DNA of 64,000 nt, taken from IMG/VR virus record IMGVR_UViG_3300029705_000019. One strand, given 5' to 3'. Source of the stretch: a virus. Its lineage: Duplodnaviria; Heunggongvirae; Uroviricota; Caudoviricetes. The notes under the pieces were generated by a model, which saw nothing but the letters and a program-made list of their open reading frames with translations, searched no databases and was not told the origin of the DNA. Positions 40,313 to 52,699 of this stretch are shown here, piece after piece (within the stretch, counting starts at the first letter, position 1; each line of letters opens with the position of its first letter). Both the position numbers and the translations under genes were made by a program.

Positions 40313-40661
40313 TTATTTTGATATCCACCTTCCACTTTTTTCGTCAACATCAAACCTTGGCTGATAATACTCGCTTAATGGTGACTGTCTTTTGTCAAGT
40401 GTCACATCTTCATCTTTTTCTTTTGCTAATTTAATAATTTTTTCTACATACTGCAATTCGTCTATCTTTTTTTTCGAGTTCTCTTATATACTCAATTGTA
40501 AACTCAATTCCCTCATTATGATTAAAGATTCTGTAACTGTCTTCCTTAGCTCCAGCAAATCTATAATTAACGGTATAACGATTCGGAGAAAATAATTCGG
40601 CACTCTTATAATTTCTTAATAACTGCCCTATGTAAAGTCTTCTTGCATCCAATTTTAACAC
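40313..40661 (-). pseudogene. Gene apparently frameshifted at an A8 tract
   Basis: Removing one A from the A8 run (T8 at 40467-40474) joins ...IRELEKK to IDELQYVEKIIKLAKE...GRWISK*, which ends right at a terminator. Confidence 0.45.
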
Positions 40662-41346
40662 CTCACAAAATATGTTTTATATCTTTATCAATTCTCTTGT
40701 ATTGTCCAACCACACGCCACCTTCGTAAAACGATGGCTTATAAGTTTTCATTCTGATTTCTTCGTCATAAAAAATCTTTGGATTGTTTTTGAAGAACTTA
40801 ATTCCTTCTTCTTCCGTCTCGAATTCTTTATCGTATTCGTAGAAAAAGAACCTCTTATTAGTCACAAACCAACTGTCCAAGTCGGGACAGTGTGCAATAA
40901 TCCAAGTTGGAAACTCTGTGTTAAAATTATATTCTTTTGGAAGTTCTACATAATCAATCATAATTCACCTCATAAAATTCGTATTTTATTCAAGGCTTAT
41001 GCCGTACTCTTTGGCAACTTCTATCAAATCGTTCTTCCAGACGCTAACGGTGTGTTCGTCAAACTTTATATTTGCATATAGCTTTTCAAAAATTTCTTTT
41101 GCGACATCAGCCTCTTTGCAGTAGCCTTTGGCAACCATTTTTTCTGCAACATAGTCATAGTCAACAGTCTTTTCATCTGTCTCTATTTCTGCCCACACAT
41201 TGAAAGACATACACTCTTCCAAGTCGGCTGACATAATGGCTTCTCGTTTTTCTCTTGCAAGCTGCTCTTTAGGAATGCCTCTTATGAGCCAATCGGTAGT
41301 TTTTATATTTTCCTTGTTCATATACTCACCTCATAAAATACGCTTT

Positions 41347-41625
41347 TTAATCTAGTCTATCCTTCCATTCAGAATACAAAAGCGGAGTGCCATCTGTATC
41401 AAGCATTACTGTTAGACCGCCTTTATTAGCTGCGTGATAACAAACATACATTACATCTGTAACATCTTCTTTGTAAATGCTCATACGGCTTCCAGAACTG
41501 ATTCTTGTGAATGTATAATCTGTAGCATTTTCATCAAATTCTCTTGATTTGCTTACAGTGTTACATCCTGTCAAAATAAACACTGCAATTATACAAACTA
41601 ACATAGTCGCAATACATCTTTTCAT
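41347..41625 (-). CDS. Predicted lipoprotein (DUF6440-like)
   Basis: ILTGC lipobox; DVTDVMY...GGLTVMLDTDGTPLLY pattern. Confidence 0.55.
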   Translation of the reverse strand: MKRCIATMLVCIIAVFILTGCNTVSKSREFDENATDYTFTRISSGSRMSIYKEDVTDVMYVCYHAANKGGLTVMLDTDGTPLLYSEWKDRLD

Positions 41626-42155
41626 ATATCTTTACCTCTTTAAAATATTCTTTTATGTGTTACTCATTTTCTTCAAACAGTCATTCCAACCTGCACAATA
41701 ATCATATTCATCAGCATAGTGAAAGCCTATTTTCTTTTCTGGAATCTTTCTCAGCGGACACCAATTTGGTCTACCATCATTGTCAAACTTATTGTGGTCG
41801 TAATAGTTGTCTACTTCCATATTCTCAATGCCACAGAACTTTACTCCATCAATCTTATATCTGCTATCATAATCTTTTGTATGGCAACAATCACAAAAGA
41901 AACAACTCTTTGGAAGCGATTCTACAAAATATTTCATATTAACTACCTCTTAAAACTTCATTTTTATTTGCCTACTTCAATCTTCCCATATAAGAATATT
42001 CACCACAGTTCGGACACTTTGCTCTACGCTTGCAGAACCAATGAAACGGAGTGTGCCAAACCCAATCAAACCAATTCTTATAAGTTATAAGTGCTCCGCA
42101 CTTGGGACAAATTACTTTTACTTCTTTCATATCTTTACCTCTTAAAACTCTATTT

Positions 42156-42344
42156 TTATTTGCATCTTCTATTCCAAAGACTAATCATATATGCTTTATA
42201 TCCACTTACGATGACATCTTTAGGAGAACAAAAACCTTTTGCTGATGGAATTGTAGCAAGGCACTTAGTACAATATGGACGCATTTTTCTTTCATGCCAT
42301 TTTGCTTCACCACCACAAAAAGGACAGTTATCAATTTTGTACAT
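42156..42344 (-). CDS. Lar-family (restriction alleviation)-like zinc-ribbon protein
   Basis: CPFCGGEA...CTKC...WNRR pattern. Confidence 0.55.
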   Translation of the reverse strand: MYKIDNCPFCGGEAKWHERKMRPYCTKCLATIPSAKGFCSPKDVIVSGYKAYMISLWNRRCK

Positions 42345-42384
42345 AACTACTACCTCTTAAAATTTTATTTTTTATGTATACAAC

Positions 42385-43155
42385 TCACTTTTCTTCTCCT
42401 ACAATCTTAATCTTATAGCCTAACTGTTTTTCAATGTCTGCAATGGTTAATTCTTTTGCAGGTATATTTTCCTTAGCTAACTTTTCAAACCACCGATCGA
42501 CCATGCGCATACCATCAGCTAACCAGCTGTCCTTTGACTCTTCAACATAAGTTCTTGTTTTATCAACAGCATGACGTAGTTCATGAACAGGAACAAGATC
42601 TATGTGCTTCTTAAAATATACTTCAGGGTCGTGACATAAAATGATATCAACAGTGTTCAGCTTGTGTAAGTAACCAAGAATAAGAGTCAATACAAATCTA
42701 AAGTTAGTTGCACAATAGTTATCATAATCCTTATGAGGCTTCATAAGCATACTGTTACAGAATGAGTCTAGTCTAAGAATACATGCATTATGGTTTGTTT
42801 TAAAATTATTGATTGTATGGACAAGAGCTTCATTGACCATCTTAGTGTTGTACCCAAGGTACTGCATATCTTTTTCAACATGTTCTTCTGCTTGGGTTGC
42901 GTTATACATGAAGAAACCCCAGTTATGATCTGTATACAGTTTATTGATAAACATCTCCAGCATAGATACATAATCATTTTCAGCTGTTGATTCATTACAA
43001 GCACAGATAGTATTAGTAGCAGGTCCTTTGTTAAAAATGTTCTTCATAGAAGTTTCCTCCGTACAATAATTTTTACATAGAGGTGAACAAGGTTTTTCTA
43101 GAACCTTTTCGTCATGTTTACAATAACAATTCCAAACATTATGAATACAGCTCAT
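42385..43155 (-). CDS. Hypothetical protein with a C-terminal KELTIADIEKQLGYKIKIV tail
   Basis: Tail shared with the upstream neighbour. Confidence 0.6.
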   Translation of the reverse strand: MSCIHNVWNCYCKHDEKVLEKPCSPLCKNYCTEETSMKNIFNKGPATNTICACNESTAENDYVSMLEMFINKLYTDHNWGFFMYNATQAEEHVEKDMQYLGYNTKMVNEALVHTINNFKTNHNACILRLDSFCNSMLMKPHKDYDNYCATNFRFVLTLILGYLHKLNTVDIILCHDPEVYFKKHIDLVPVHELRHAVDKTRTYVEESKDSWLADGMRMVDRWFEKLAKENIPAKELTIADIEKQLGYKIKIVGEEK

Positions 43156-43550
43156 TTTACATCACCCACTATTTTGATTTTATAGCCTAGTTCTTTTTCT
43201 ATTTCTTTAACAGTCATTTCTTTAACAGGCTCAATATATGTTCCTTCAAATACAAATCTAATATATTGTTCATCGGGGAAGATATTGATGTCATATTCAT
43301 ATTTTCTTTTATCTGTATTATATCCGCTGATAGCATCTTTTAGATCAATTCTAAGTTTGCTAACTTGATGTTCAGGAATTGTATAATCCTTTCTTTTTAA
43401 AGCACGTGTTAATCCGAACCAACTTTTAGGGACAACTACAGATGCTCTGATTGTTTTATCATGATCAATAAAACCTTGAATAATTGTTTTTTCTATTTTA
43501 CTAAAAATATAGCCTTCAATGAATTCATCTGTTTTAGGTGTTATCGGCAT
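43152..43550 (-). CDS. Hypothetical protein with a C-terminal KEMTVKEIEKELGYKIKIV tail
   Basis: Tail shared with the downstream neighbour. Confidence 0.6.
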   Translation of the reverse strand: MPITPKTDEFIEGYIFSKIEKTIIQGFIDHDKTIRASVVVPKSWFGLTRALKRKDYTIPEHQVSKLRIDLKDAISGYNTDKRKYEYDINIFPDEQYIRFVFEGTYIEPVKEMTVKEIEKELGYKIKIVGDVK

Positions 43551-43554
43551 ATAA

Positions 43555-45361
43555 TTAATACTCTCCTTCTAATGCAATCATAGCAGCATATGATGTAAAC
43601 GCTTCACGAACTGCACACCCGTAATCATTATTGTTACCACACTCAAAGATTCCTTCAACAATATTTTCTTTGAAGTCATATGTTCTCCAACATGTTTCCC
43701 ACAACCATGTAGTCTTATCCTCATCCATGTGGATTCTGATTGTTGGTTGCACAGTGTCACAAGGAAGCTGCTGAGCATAGTATTCAATCGTATCTTCGAT
43801 ATCAGGCAAGGTAAACTTTGGATCTCCTGACCAAAGATCATGTGCTAATTCAATACATGCTTCTTTGTCTTCAACAAGATTACGTTGGTCAAAAACAATC
43901 TTTGTGTCATAAGCAAATCTTGTTTCTCTAGTAATAACAAATACGTTCATAAATACCTCACAAACAGAAATATTCTCTATGCTACTATAATTATATAATA
44001 ACATAGAGAATTAATCAACTTTTCTTATTTATAAAATGGTATCCACCACAATTTCCACAAGCAACATTGTAAGTACCATTTCCGTTATTGATAATTTTAT
44101 GATCAGCTGTTTTAACATATGTGTGACAATGTGCACAATATGTCCATTCATTTGAAACTTCTTGACGTACTTTTCCGATAAAATTTTCTAACATAGATAA
44201 CAATTTGAATTTGTCCTCAGGTTCAAGTGTATCTACTTTTGCCCTAACAATATCAATTGTTTCCATACAAAATTTTGTCACATCGGGAGTATCTTCTTCT
44301 ATATCTTCAGGGAGTTTATTGCACAATCTTTTTTCTTTATGTGTTGCTTGATAAAGAAGTATCTGTTGCTTCGCAGCAACCATCCTTCTTGTAATTGGAT
44401 CCAGTTCCATTTTGTTTAGCTCCTATAAACATATGTGTTAAAAAATGAAGATGACAATCACCAGAATATTCGCATTTAGAACAACTATCTGAAGAATATT
44501 GACATATTGCGTGATAACATTCAGGTTTGTCCCTTTGTGTTTGAGCAGTTAAATTATTATCCATCATACTCTTCCTCAGGCAACTTATTACCAATAGTTA
44601 ATTTATAGATCTGCTGTAATTCCCAATCAGGAATGTGTCTATGTTTAAGAAGGGAATGCAACATTATGATCTTAGAATATACTTCATCAAAGTTTTGATC
44701 TTTTTCAACGTCATCAAACTTATGAACCTGATAAAGGGAATTGAGTAAACAAAGGGCATCTTCGTAATCAAGGTCAATAGTTGCTCTTCTTGTTGTAGTA
44801 TCAAGATTCTTAATTATAATCATGACAAATCCTCCAACAATATAATTTTTCTCTTAGAATTTTTCGGATCTGTTCTGATCATTTTAATTTTTGCATTTTT
44901 ATACTCATGTAAATCTCTTCCTTTATAAACAGAAGGAAGCACATCAAAACATTCTCCAATAGGTTTTTGCTTCAAGTACTCTTTTAATGTCATCTTGTAC
45001 CTCTCTTTATAATCTGTAGAGCATGATATGCTAACAAATTCTGACAAATAGTTTGAGGCAATTCATTAAAGGGACAATTGTTACAATCTTCTACTTGATG
45101 TGTGTTACTTAACTGACAACATTCAAGAGCTTTGATAACATCTGAATCTTTAACAAGTGATTTGTTTTCTTCCTTTTTCTGTTTCGATTCTGCTGTTATA
45201 GCTTCAAGCTCTTCTTCAGCATATCTTTGAAATCTATCTTTTTGCAGCCTAACTACCGCATAACATTTCTGTAACCTGATATCCTGTTCAACTGCTACAA
45301 TCATTCCAGTACCTTCTGGTGTTTTAACTAAGTAACCAATTTTTTCAACATTAAGAATCAT
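43555..45361 (-). other. Block of small early hypothetical ORFs
   Basis: Packed minus-strand ORFs with early promoters at about 43990-44020 and 45385-45425. Confidence 0.55.
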
Positions 45362-45483
45362 CTTATCACCTATTCAATTATATTCTTCAATAATATTATA
45401 TAATGTACAAACAGTTTAATCAACTATAAAAATAGCGCTGCAACATTTTTTTGCAGCGCTATTTTATTTAGACATATATAAAC

Positions 45484-46137
45484 TTAGTAGTCAATTCCAA
45501 GCATATTCATTATTTCCTCAGTAATGTTGTAAACTCTGTCACGAACAAAAATTGCTGGGAATTCTCCTACTTCATCTCCACAATCAACGAGTTCAACAAG
45601 AGCAAACTCATCAAGAGCATCTAGATATCTGTCTCGAGCAATCAACCAGCAAACATGTTTGCATCCCGGATCCACTTCTTCACATTTAACTAGATATTCT
45701 GCGAGCTCTGGGTCGTCCATTGAACGAATAGCGTCTTCATCGTTTCCTCTAATATAATATTTATCAATATTGAAATAGTCATGAACTGACTCGGTCATCG
45801 AAAGTTTAGCAGTTACCTGTGCCCAGTAGTTTGTCCATGTAACACCACGAGAGCCATGGCTCTTTACAAGTTTAACAGACCATGAAGGTTCCTGTTTTCT
45901 TACGATAGATGCAAAAGCTTCAAATTTTTCTTTTACTGCTTTTACATACTCTTCGATGTCATCGTTGTGTCCGTAATCCCAACCAAGATAAACATTTACA
46001 CGAATTCCGTTATCAGTTGCTTTAGTGCTTCTTACTTCAGGCTCTGTGTCATCTCCTGTAGAAGTAAACTTTGACCATTTGGACCAATCACCCATTCCAA
46101 GAAAGTTAGCGCAATAACCACATTTCTTTTCTGTCAT
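45484..46137 (-). CDS. Hypothetical, possibly chimeric protein
   Basis: A short CGYCANFLGMGDW start switches abruptly to an unrelated module; internal LSMTES site. Confidence 0.45.
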   Translation of the reverse strand: MTEKKCGYCANFLGMGDWSKWSKFTSTGDDTEPEVRSTKATDNGIRVNVYLGWDYGHNDDIEEYVKAVKEKFEAFASIVRKQEPSWSVKLVKSHGSRGVTWTNYWAQVTAKLSMTESVHDYFNIDKYYIRGNDEDAIRSMDDPELAEYLVKCEEVDPGCKHVCWLIARDRYLDALDEFALVELVDCGDEVGEFPAIFVRDRVYNITEEIMNMLGIDY

Positions 46138-46556
46138 ACACTCTTTACCAACGCTGCAATCTTTGACTTATCAAAACGATTGCCAACTTCCTTTACGGTA
46201 AGACCAATAAGCTTACCAACATTTGGTTCTGTTTGTTTAAGTCTCTTAATAATGTTGATTACTTCCTCTTCACTCATCTGTTTTGGCATATACTGTTCAA
46301 GCTCGTCAACAATAAACTGAGCTTCAGCGTATTCATCATCACCAATAGAATATATGTTGAGAAGATCTTTACGTTCTTTATATTCCTTAACAACGAGATC
46401 AGTAATCTGTTCATCAGTAAGAGGCAATTCATAATTGCCAGATTTTTCAGCTATCAAGATTCTCTGTTTCAGGTACTCGTAACACGTTCTCTTTTCCGTA
46501 TCTCTGTTCTTGAACGCTGTCTTCCAATTGTTGTTGATTATTTCCTTCAAGCTCAT
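46134..46556 (-). CDS. yqeY: GatB/YqeY domain protein
   Basis: MSLKEIINNNWKTAFKNRD...LEQYMPKQMSEEEV...GKLIGLTVK...D...IAALVK matches the YqeY fold pattern. Confidence 0.75.
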   Translation of the reverse strand: MSLKEIINNNWKTAFKNRDTEKRTCYEYLKQRILIAEKSGNYELPLTDEQITDLVVKEYKERKDLLNIYSIGDDEYAEAQFIVDELEQYMPKQMSEEEVINIIKRLKQTEPNVGKLIGLTVKEVGNRFDKSKIAALVKSV

Positions 46557-46627
46557 CTTTCAATTTCTCCTCTGTATCTATTTCAATTATTGGATAAATA
46601 ATTCTTGCTTTAACGCGTTTGTAATTA

Positions 46628-47349
46628 TCATTCAACATCATATGTAAATTGTTCACTAAATTCCGGAACATAAAAGATTTCATATTTGTAATTTTTCATA
46701 CGAGATGCACAAATTTGTGCTCTAAAGGATGTTGGTGTTTCATCAATAAACAATATCTTTGATGTACCACCATTAAATGATTCAATTGAGTGCTGAACCC
46801 ATTCAGCTGCCATTGTATAGTTTTTGAAACAAAATAAATGGATGTATGTCCACGGCTTAAATCCATATTTATATCGAATAAGATACATTACTTATTTAAC
46901 TCCTTCATAACAGCATAATAGTCTCCATCAAATGCATCAGGTCCACAAAGCAACAAGAGATTTTTAGCTGCATCATTTCCGTACATATAAGAATAACCTA
47001 TGATATCAGATCTATTGAGAGTATGCTTCTTCTCATCTTTACGATATTTTGCTGCCATAAGCACATCACACCGACAATCAGCAAGAAGCTCCTTGAGATT
47101 CAAATTAAGTTCATTCAGTTCGTTAATCTCTTTGCTCTGCATCTTGATAAGATTACAGGACAACAGATCAACTTCCTGAGCATTTTTGATAATTGATTCA
47201 TTTCTATCATTTTGTGACTCAAGATACTCAATGTAGTCTGCAATACGTCTAAATAGTTCCTGAAGAGCATCATTGAAAGTGCCAATTTCAGAAAGGTGGC
47301 GAAGTCTTCTTACATACTCAGTTCCAATAGTACGATCAAACATAAACAT
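46628..47349 (-). other. Two hypothetical ORFs (46628-46888, 46888-47349)
   Basis: Overlapping ORFs behind an early promoter at about 47380-47413. Confidence 0.55.
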
Positions 47350-47452
47350 ATTAGTAACCTCAATTCTTTTATCTTCACATATATTATATAATAAACAGTT
47401 TGAATAATCAACTAAAAAGCGCAGTTACAATTAAATGCAACTGCGCTAAAAT

Positions 47453-48088
47453 TTATTTGTTATGTTCATGATGTACAAAGTAATCATCATACTCACCAGC
47501 AATGACCTTCAAAAGATTAAGATCAAATCCGGTATTACAATAATACAATGTAAAGTACTTAGTAGGAACTTCATCCACTAACCATACACCGTTGTCAGAA
47601 AGAAAGAACTTGTATCCATCTTTATACATCTGCTCAGCACTTACAATAAGTATAACTGTACCAGCACCATGTCTCAAACCAACTGTGTAAGCTGTGTCAA
47701 CATCTTTGCTCAAATGTACATACTGTCGCGACTTAGAGACAATGCCCTTCTCCATAATGCTATCCAGGTACTTTGTTGAGGTGCCATGAAAAAGTAGCTC
47801 AGGAGGCTGTTGTGCTTCTAGCCCTAAGTCAACTGGAAAGCTGTGTCCTTGCACCGCTCTAATCTTTGTATGGTCGTTGTTGTAACTATAACGCTGCTTA
47901 TCGTTTGTCTCAACAATTGTGTCTAAGTCAGTTACTGTAAAGTCACCGTACTTTTTATTAAGGTAAGCTACTAGCTCGTCTACTTGTGCGTAACCATATT
48001 TATCAAGTGACAAGTTTGCTGCTTCAGGTTTATGTCTTAGTACTAAACTAATAAACTTACTTATACCTTTATAATCCATTAGTTTCAT
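47453..48088 (-). CDS. kptA: RNA 2'-phosphotransferase (Tpt1/KptA)
   Basis: ISKFISLVLRH, KQRY, IRAVQGHS, LFHGT, RQYVHLS and NGVWLVDEVP are the canonical Tpt1/KptA motifs. Confidence 0.93.
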   Translation of the reverse strand: MKLMDYKGISKFISLVLRHKPEAANLSLDKYGYAQVDELVAYLNKKYGDFTVTDLDTIVETNDKQRYSYNNDHTKIRAVQGHSFPVDLGLEAQQPPELLFHGTSTKYLDSIMEKGIVSKSRQYVHLSKDVDTAYTVGLRHGAGTVILIVSAEQMYKDGYKFFLSDNGVWLVDEVPTKYFTLYYCNTGFDLNLLKVIAGEYDDYFVHHEHNK

Positions 48089-48103
48089 TCCTATTAAAAT
48101 AGT

Positions 48104-48763
48104 TTAACTACACCACGCAGAAGAACTAAAGTATGTGTCACCAATGTAAAATTCATCAACAGCACCCTGCCACTGATGATAGTACCAAGCTCGGAAAAAT
48201 AAAATATCTCTATCAAGCGTGCTACCATTAAGATAAATGTTGTTAACAATTTCACGAATTTCGTCCGTGGTAGTTGAACAATGAATAAGCTTCGCAGGTG
48301 TAAACTGATTCTTTTGATAAATAACTTCTGTTAATGTATTCGGAAAAGCTCTTGACTCAAGTCTATTAAAAATAACTTCAGCAACTCTTACCTTGCATTC
48401 ATAAGGTTCAGCACCAGCCTCAAGATATACTAAAATAGCAAGCTCTTCAAGCTCCTGTTCAGTTACATTATATGTACTGTAATATGGTTCAGCTGTCGGT
48501 ACATTTTCAACAGTAAAATTATCACATGTTGTTTCTTCAACAACAGCTGTTTCAACTGGTTCTGTTTCAATTAAATGAGCAACCTCTTCATATTTAATAG
48601 GAGCAAGTGGCTGTTCAGGATTTTCTGACTCAATCACTGCCACTGTGTTACAGCTTGTTGTCTCATATGTAACAGGTTCACTATCAGGTACTGTTGTAAC
48701 AGCTGACGTTGCACTTATAAATAAGATGGATGTCAATACTGTTGCTATCGCTTTCTGTATCAT
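48104..48763 (-). CDS. Secreted cell wall hydrolase, SleB/Hydrolase_2 family
   Basis: Signal peptide, then LAILVYLEAGAE...VAEVIFNR...FPNTLTEVIYQKNQFT. Confidence 0.85.
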   Translation of the reverse strand: MIQKAIATVLTSILFISATSAVTTVPDSEPVTYETTSCNTVAVIESENPEQPLAPIKYEEVAHLIETEPVETAVVEETTCDNFTVENVPTAEPYYSTYNVTEQELEELAILVYLEAGAEPYECKVRVAEVIFNRLESRAFPNTLTEVIYQKNQFTPAKLIHCSTTTDEIREIVNNIYLNGSTLDRDILFFRAWYYHQWQGAVDEFYIGDTYFSSSAWCS

Positions 48764-48963
48764 AAAAAATATTCTCCAATCGTTATTTTTACATATACTA
48801 TTATATATGTTATCTTATGATTGTTCAACTTTCTACTTTAACAATAAAATAATGAAGTGAAACTTTTTGTCATTGTGCTTCACTTCATTATATATTTTTT
48901 AACAGTTAACTTTTATGACCGATCAATTTAGCGCAATGAGTTGAACTTTGTTAAACAGTTTTC

Positions 48964-50898
48964 TTATTCAGTTTTATTTTTTCTAAATCGTTTCTTAAGC
49001 TCAGCTTTTTGTTCTTCAGTATAACTTCTAGTTGTTGCTATACGGAAGGTTAGTAGATTTAAATCAGTTTCAAATATAAGTTGATTTACTTTTCCACTTT
49101 TACTATCATAGTTGTTCTTATAGTAATAACATATATAATGATCAGGGTCTCTTTTCATTATATTTTTCAATCTTGTTATTACTGTTATATCACTTGTTTC
49201 TATTCTGATTTTTTTATCAGTTCTTAACCAGTTTATGCATGTTTCTTGCTCACTTTTTACTGTGCAGATTTGTGGAAAACTATCAACTGTTACAATTGTT
49301 TTATCATCCATTACTTAACCATTAGCACATTTTCGAGAGTGATGTTCTGAATAGTTGCAGGTTTCTTGTCCTCAGAGAAGTAAGACTTGATTGCATACTT
49401 CTTAACAGTTTCTTTATCAACTACAGAAGTATTACCTTCATTATCAGTCATGATGTATGTTGCGTTAACATGAGCACCTTTATTAATCGGAGCCACAACA
49501 AGATAATCTTTTCCTGTTTTTGTATTGTGTTTGATACGATCTTTAACTACCCATTCCCAATTTGTTTCCTTGGGAGTATAATTTTCAGAGAGAGTGACAC
49601 CTTCAATGTTCTTGTACTTAACACCTGTTCTTGTTGTAGTATCAACAATCTTGAAAATTGTAATACCTTCTTTAAGTGCATCAGCAGCCATCTTTACTTT
49701 GCTGATGTATCTCACTCTAAAAAATCTGCCACCGGGAATACTCTTGATCTTTTCAATGATGGTTTCTGTCTTCATGTTAGATTCCTCCGAGTTATTTTAT
49801 TTTACATATTAATTATAATATAACAGTTGTACTTAATCAACTTAAAACTTAAGATAGGATGTAATCATAATCTTTAATGGCCTTCACAAGATTTTCGGGC
49901 ATTGTATATTCAGATCCGTTTGTTGACAAACCAGTAAATCCAATATGAGTCCATCTACTACGTGTTAGACCCTTTTTCTTATCATCAACATAAGCAGTTG
50001 AAACACTGATGGCTTCTTCCACTAATCTATTAATTAGATCATTTATATCCGCATCTAGTTCAACTTTTAATTCACCCTCAACACGACTTGCAGGTTTCTT
50101 TGTTTTCATCCAGTACGAATATGCTTTCTTAATATAGTCACTCATCTTTGTACAATCATTATAGTAGTCAGGATAAAAATATAATTTAATTGGTTCATCC
50201 AATTTTTTAAGACCAGTGATTCTTGTTCTTCCCCAGTAATCATTTTCCATTATTGGTTCATACCATTGATAAAGTTCACCAAGATAAACATTTGTTTGAG
50301 TTGTGGTACAGTATGTATTACCAACAACAAATCTTGATGTTTTACCACGACTCATTGTTTTTCTTCTTGTCATATCACTAACAGCCTGTTGGTAAGCTTC
50401 CATCTTCTCAGAAAGCATTCCGACACCACCCTTGCATCTTGCAAAGAATAAAGGTTCTTGGACAACTCCATTTACAACTGTTGTATTTCTTAACACATCA
50501 AGAAGTAAATCAGCGGCAATACCGATAATAAATGATTTATCATCTTTTGTTACTTTACAATTCCAAAAACTAAGTTTACCACCTTGTGAACTTCCTTCAG
50601 CACTTGCTAGTAACTCAAGCGTAAATCCTCTGTTATCAAATTCATGAACAACACCCTTGTGTTCCACTAAATGATCATATTCCCGTGTTTCTGGATTATA
50701 AGTTCCATATTCAGTCCATTCAGCCCAACGTAGTGCTGTTTTAAGCTGTTTTTTGTTTGTGGGATCCACAAGATATCCTTGCACAGCATCTTCATCACTG
50801 CTATACTTTAATTTTTGGTATGAGCGTAATTCTTTTGCTACTATTATTACTTTTTCAAATAGTTTCCATCCAACATAGTTATCAGACATAAATTTCAA
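48964..50898 (-). other. Hypothetical ORFs (48964-49311, 49311-49775, 49849-50898)
   Basis: Clean ORFs with an early promoter at about 49812-49842; no family recognised. Confidence 0.55.
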
Positions 50899-51060
50899 CC
50901 TCCATTACGATTATAACAGTTCCGTCTTCCTCGATACTATACTCAACAAAATCGGGCCTTTGTTTTATTTGTTCAAGATAATGTAAAGCACATTCCATGG
51001 TTACAATTTCATTATTATGATTGGATACATTTGTGGGTATTCTTATCTGAGCAAAACATT

Positions 51061-51780
51061 TCATCTGTGGTGCCTTTTCTTTTTACGTTCTGTTGCGATA
51101 TCAATTGTAGTTCTATGTACGGTTTTAACATCTGCAAGCAATCCATGTTTTAACAGTTCATTCATTGATACAGGTGTATAATCGATAACATCCGAACAAA
51201 CATTTAAGTGGTCGGGTCTAAAATGCCCTTTATGGTCATGACCATGAATGTTAAAAAAGCCATCAATGTGTAGTGGCTCATGAGAGAGTATCAATTTCTC
51301 TCCAATAATCAACGGACCTTCATACACTTCATCAAATAAACTGTTGTCTATTGTTGCTTCAAGATATGTGAAAGGCCTATCCCGAAGATCAAAACAGTCT
51401 TCCTCAATTGTTATTTTGTAATTTGGATATTCATCTCTCAATTCTTTGTAAACAGATTCTTTTGTGTAAACATCATCGCTGAATTTTTTACGCAATTTTG
51501 TTCTTTTATACTTAGTTGCACCTTTATCATGATTGCCACAAATCAACACTTTATAACCGCGAAGTTTACGAACATACTCAATGTCTCCAACATCACCAAG
51601 AATAATCAGAGTGTCTTTTTTCCCTACGTATTTGTTAATTCTTGCAACCTGTTCTTCAGCTGTTGGTCTATTAATACCTTTTGATAATTCAGAATCATTG
51701 AAATGAGGATCAGAATAGATCCAGACACTTTGATTGCACCACATGCGGTTAAACAACTCATAAACGCCACTTAATGCCAT
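51061..51780 (-). CDS. Calcineurin-like metallophosphoesterase
   Basis: SDPHF, LGDVG, GNHD, LSHEP and NIHGHDH motifs. Confidence 0.85.
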   Translation of the reverse strand: MALSGVYELFNRMWCNQSVWIYSDPHFNDSELSKGINRPTAEEQVARINKYVGKKDTLIILGDVGDIEYVRKLRGYKVLICGNHDKGATKYKRTKLRKKFSDDVYTKESVYKELRDEYPNYKITIEEDCFDLRDRPFTYLEATIDNSLFDEVYEGPLIIGEKLILSHEPLHIDGFFNIHGHDHKGHFRPDHLNVCSDVIDYTPVSMNELLKHGLLADVKTVHRTTIDIATERKKKRHHR

Positions 51781-52699
51781 GTTATCCTCACAGTTTAAAT
51801 AACAGATATAAACATATACCAGCCAGAATGATAGCTACAACACCAGCAACAAGTATATCCATTAATCAAAATCTTCTTTCAAAATTACGTAATCATCTGT
51901 TACTTCAACAATTTCATAATGATTAAGAATGTCGTTGAAGTTAACATCATCAGAAATTAAGCATTTATATTCTATGTAATCAATATCATTGGTAATTATG
52001 AGCTGATTCAGTTAGAATTTGCGCCACCAAGTATAGCACAAACTGTCATAAAAATCATAAAACTAAAAAGTATGCAGTAAAATAAATGTTCTTTTAGCAA
52101 AAACTTTATCAAGCTAAACATGAGGACAGCTATAAATCCTGCAATGATACAACAAATAATCATATTATTTTTATAGTGAATATACTCAGAAAGTATATGT
52201 ATTCCATCAATCATTTTTATCTTACTCCTTGAAGAATATTACTTAATCGTTCTTTAAGATCTTGATAAGCCTTTACTTTTCCAAAATTTGCATCATACTC
52301 TTCAATAATAATCTTTGCATCGATATACTCAATTAGATATTTTATTTCATCTGCCTCAACATAATTATCAAGATTAATGTGGTCAACACCGTTAACAGCT
52401 TCGCAAGCCCACTCAAGATTGTTACCAACAAGTAGTTTATCAGCATTTAGCTTTCGAATAATCTCTGTTGTATTTGCATAAATTCTCATAGAATACCTCT
52501 TTTATTTAACAGTTTAAAATTCAGGATGATGCAATCTTTTGGAACATTATACTCATCATGAAGAAAATCCTTGAGACGACTAAGTTCATCAGAGTTGTTA
52601 ATCTTCTTCATCCGTGCAATACTACATGTTCCATACACGGTTGAGGAACTCCATGTATTTTCCATTTTCTGAAACATATATACAACATGATAAACATAC

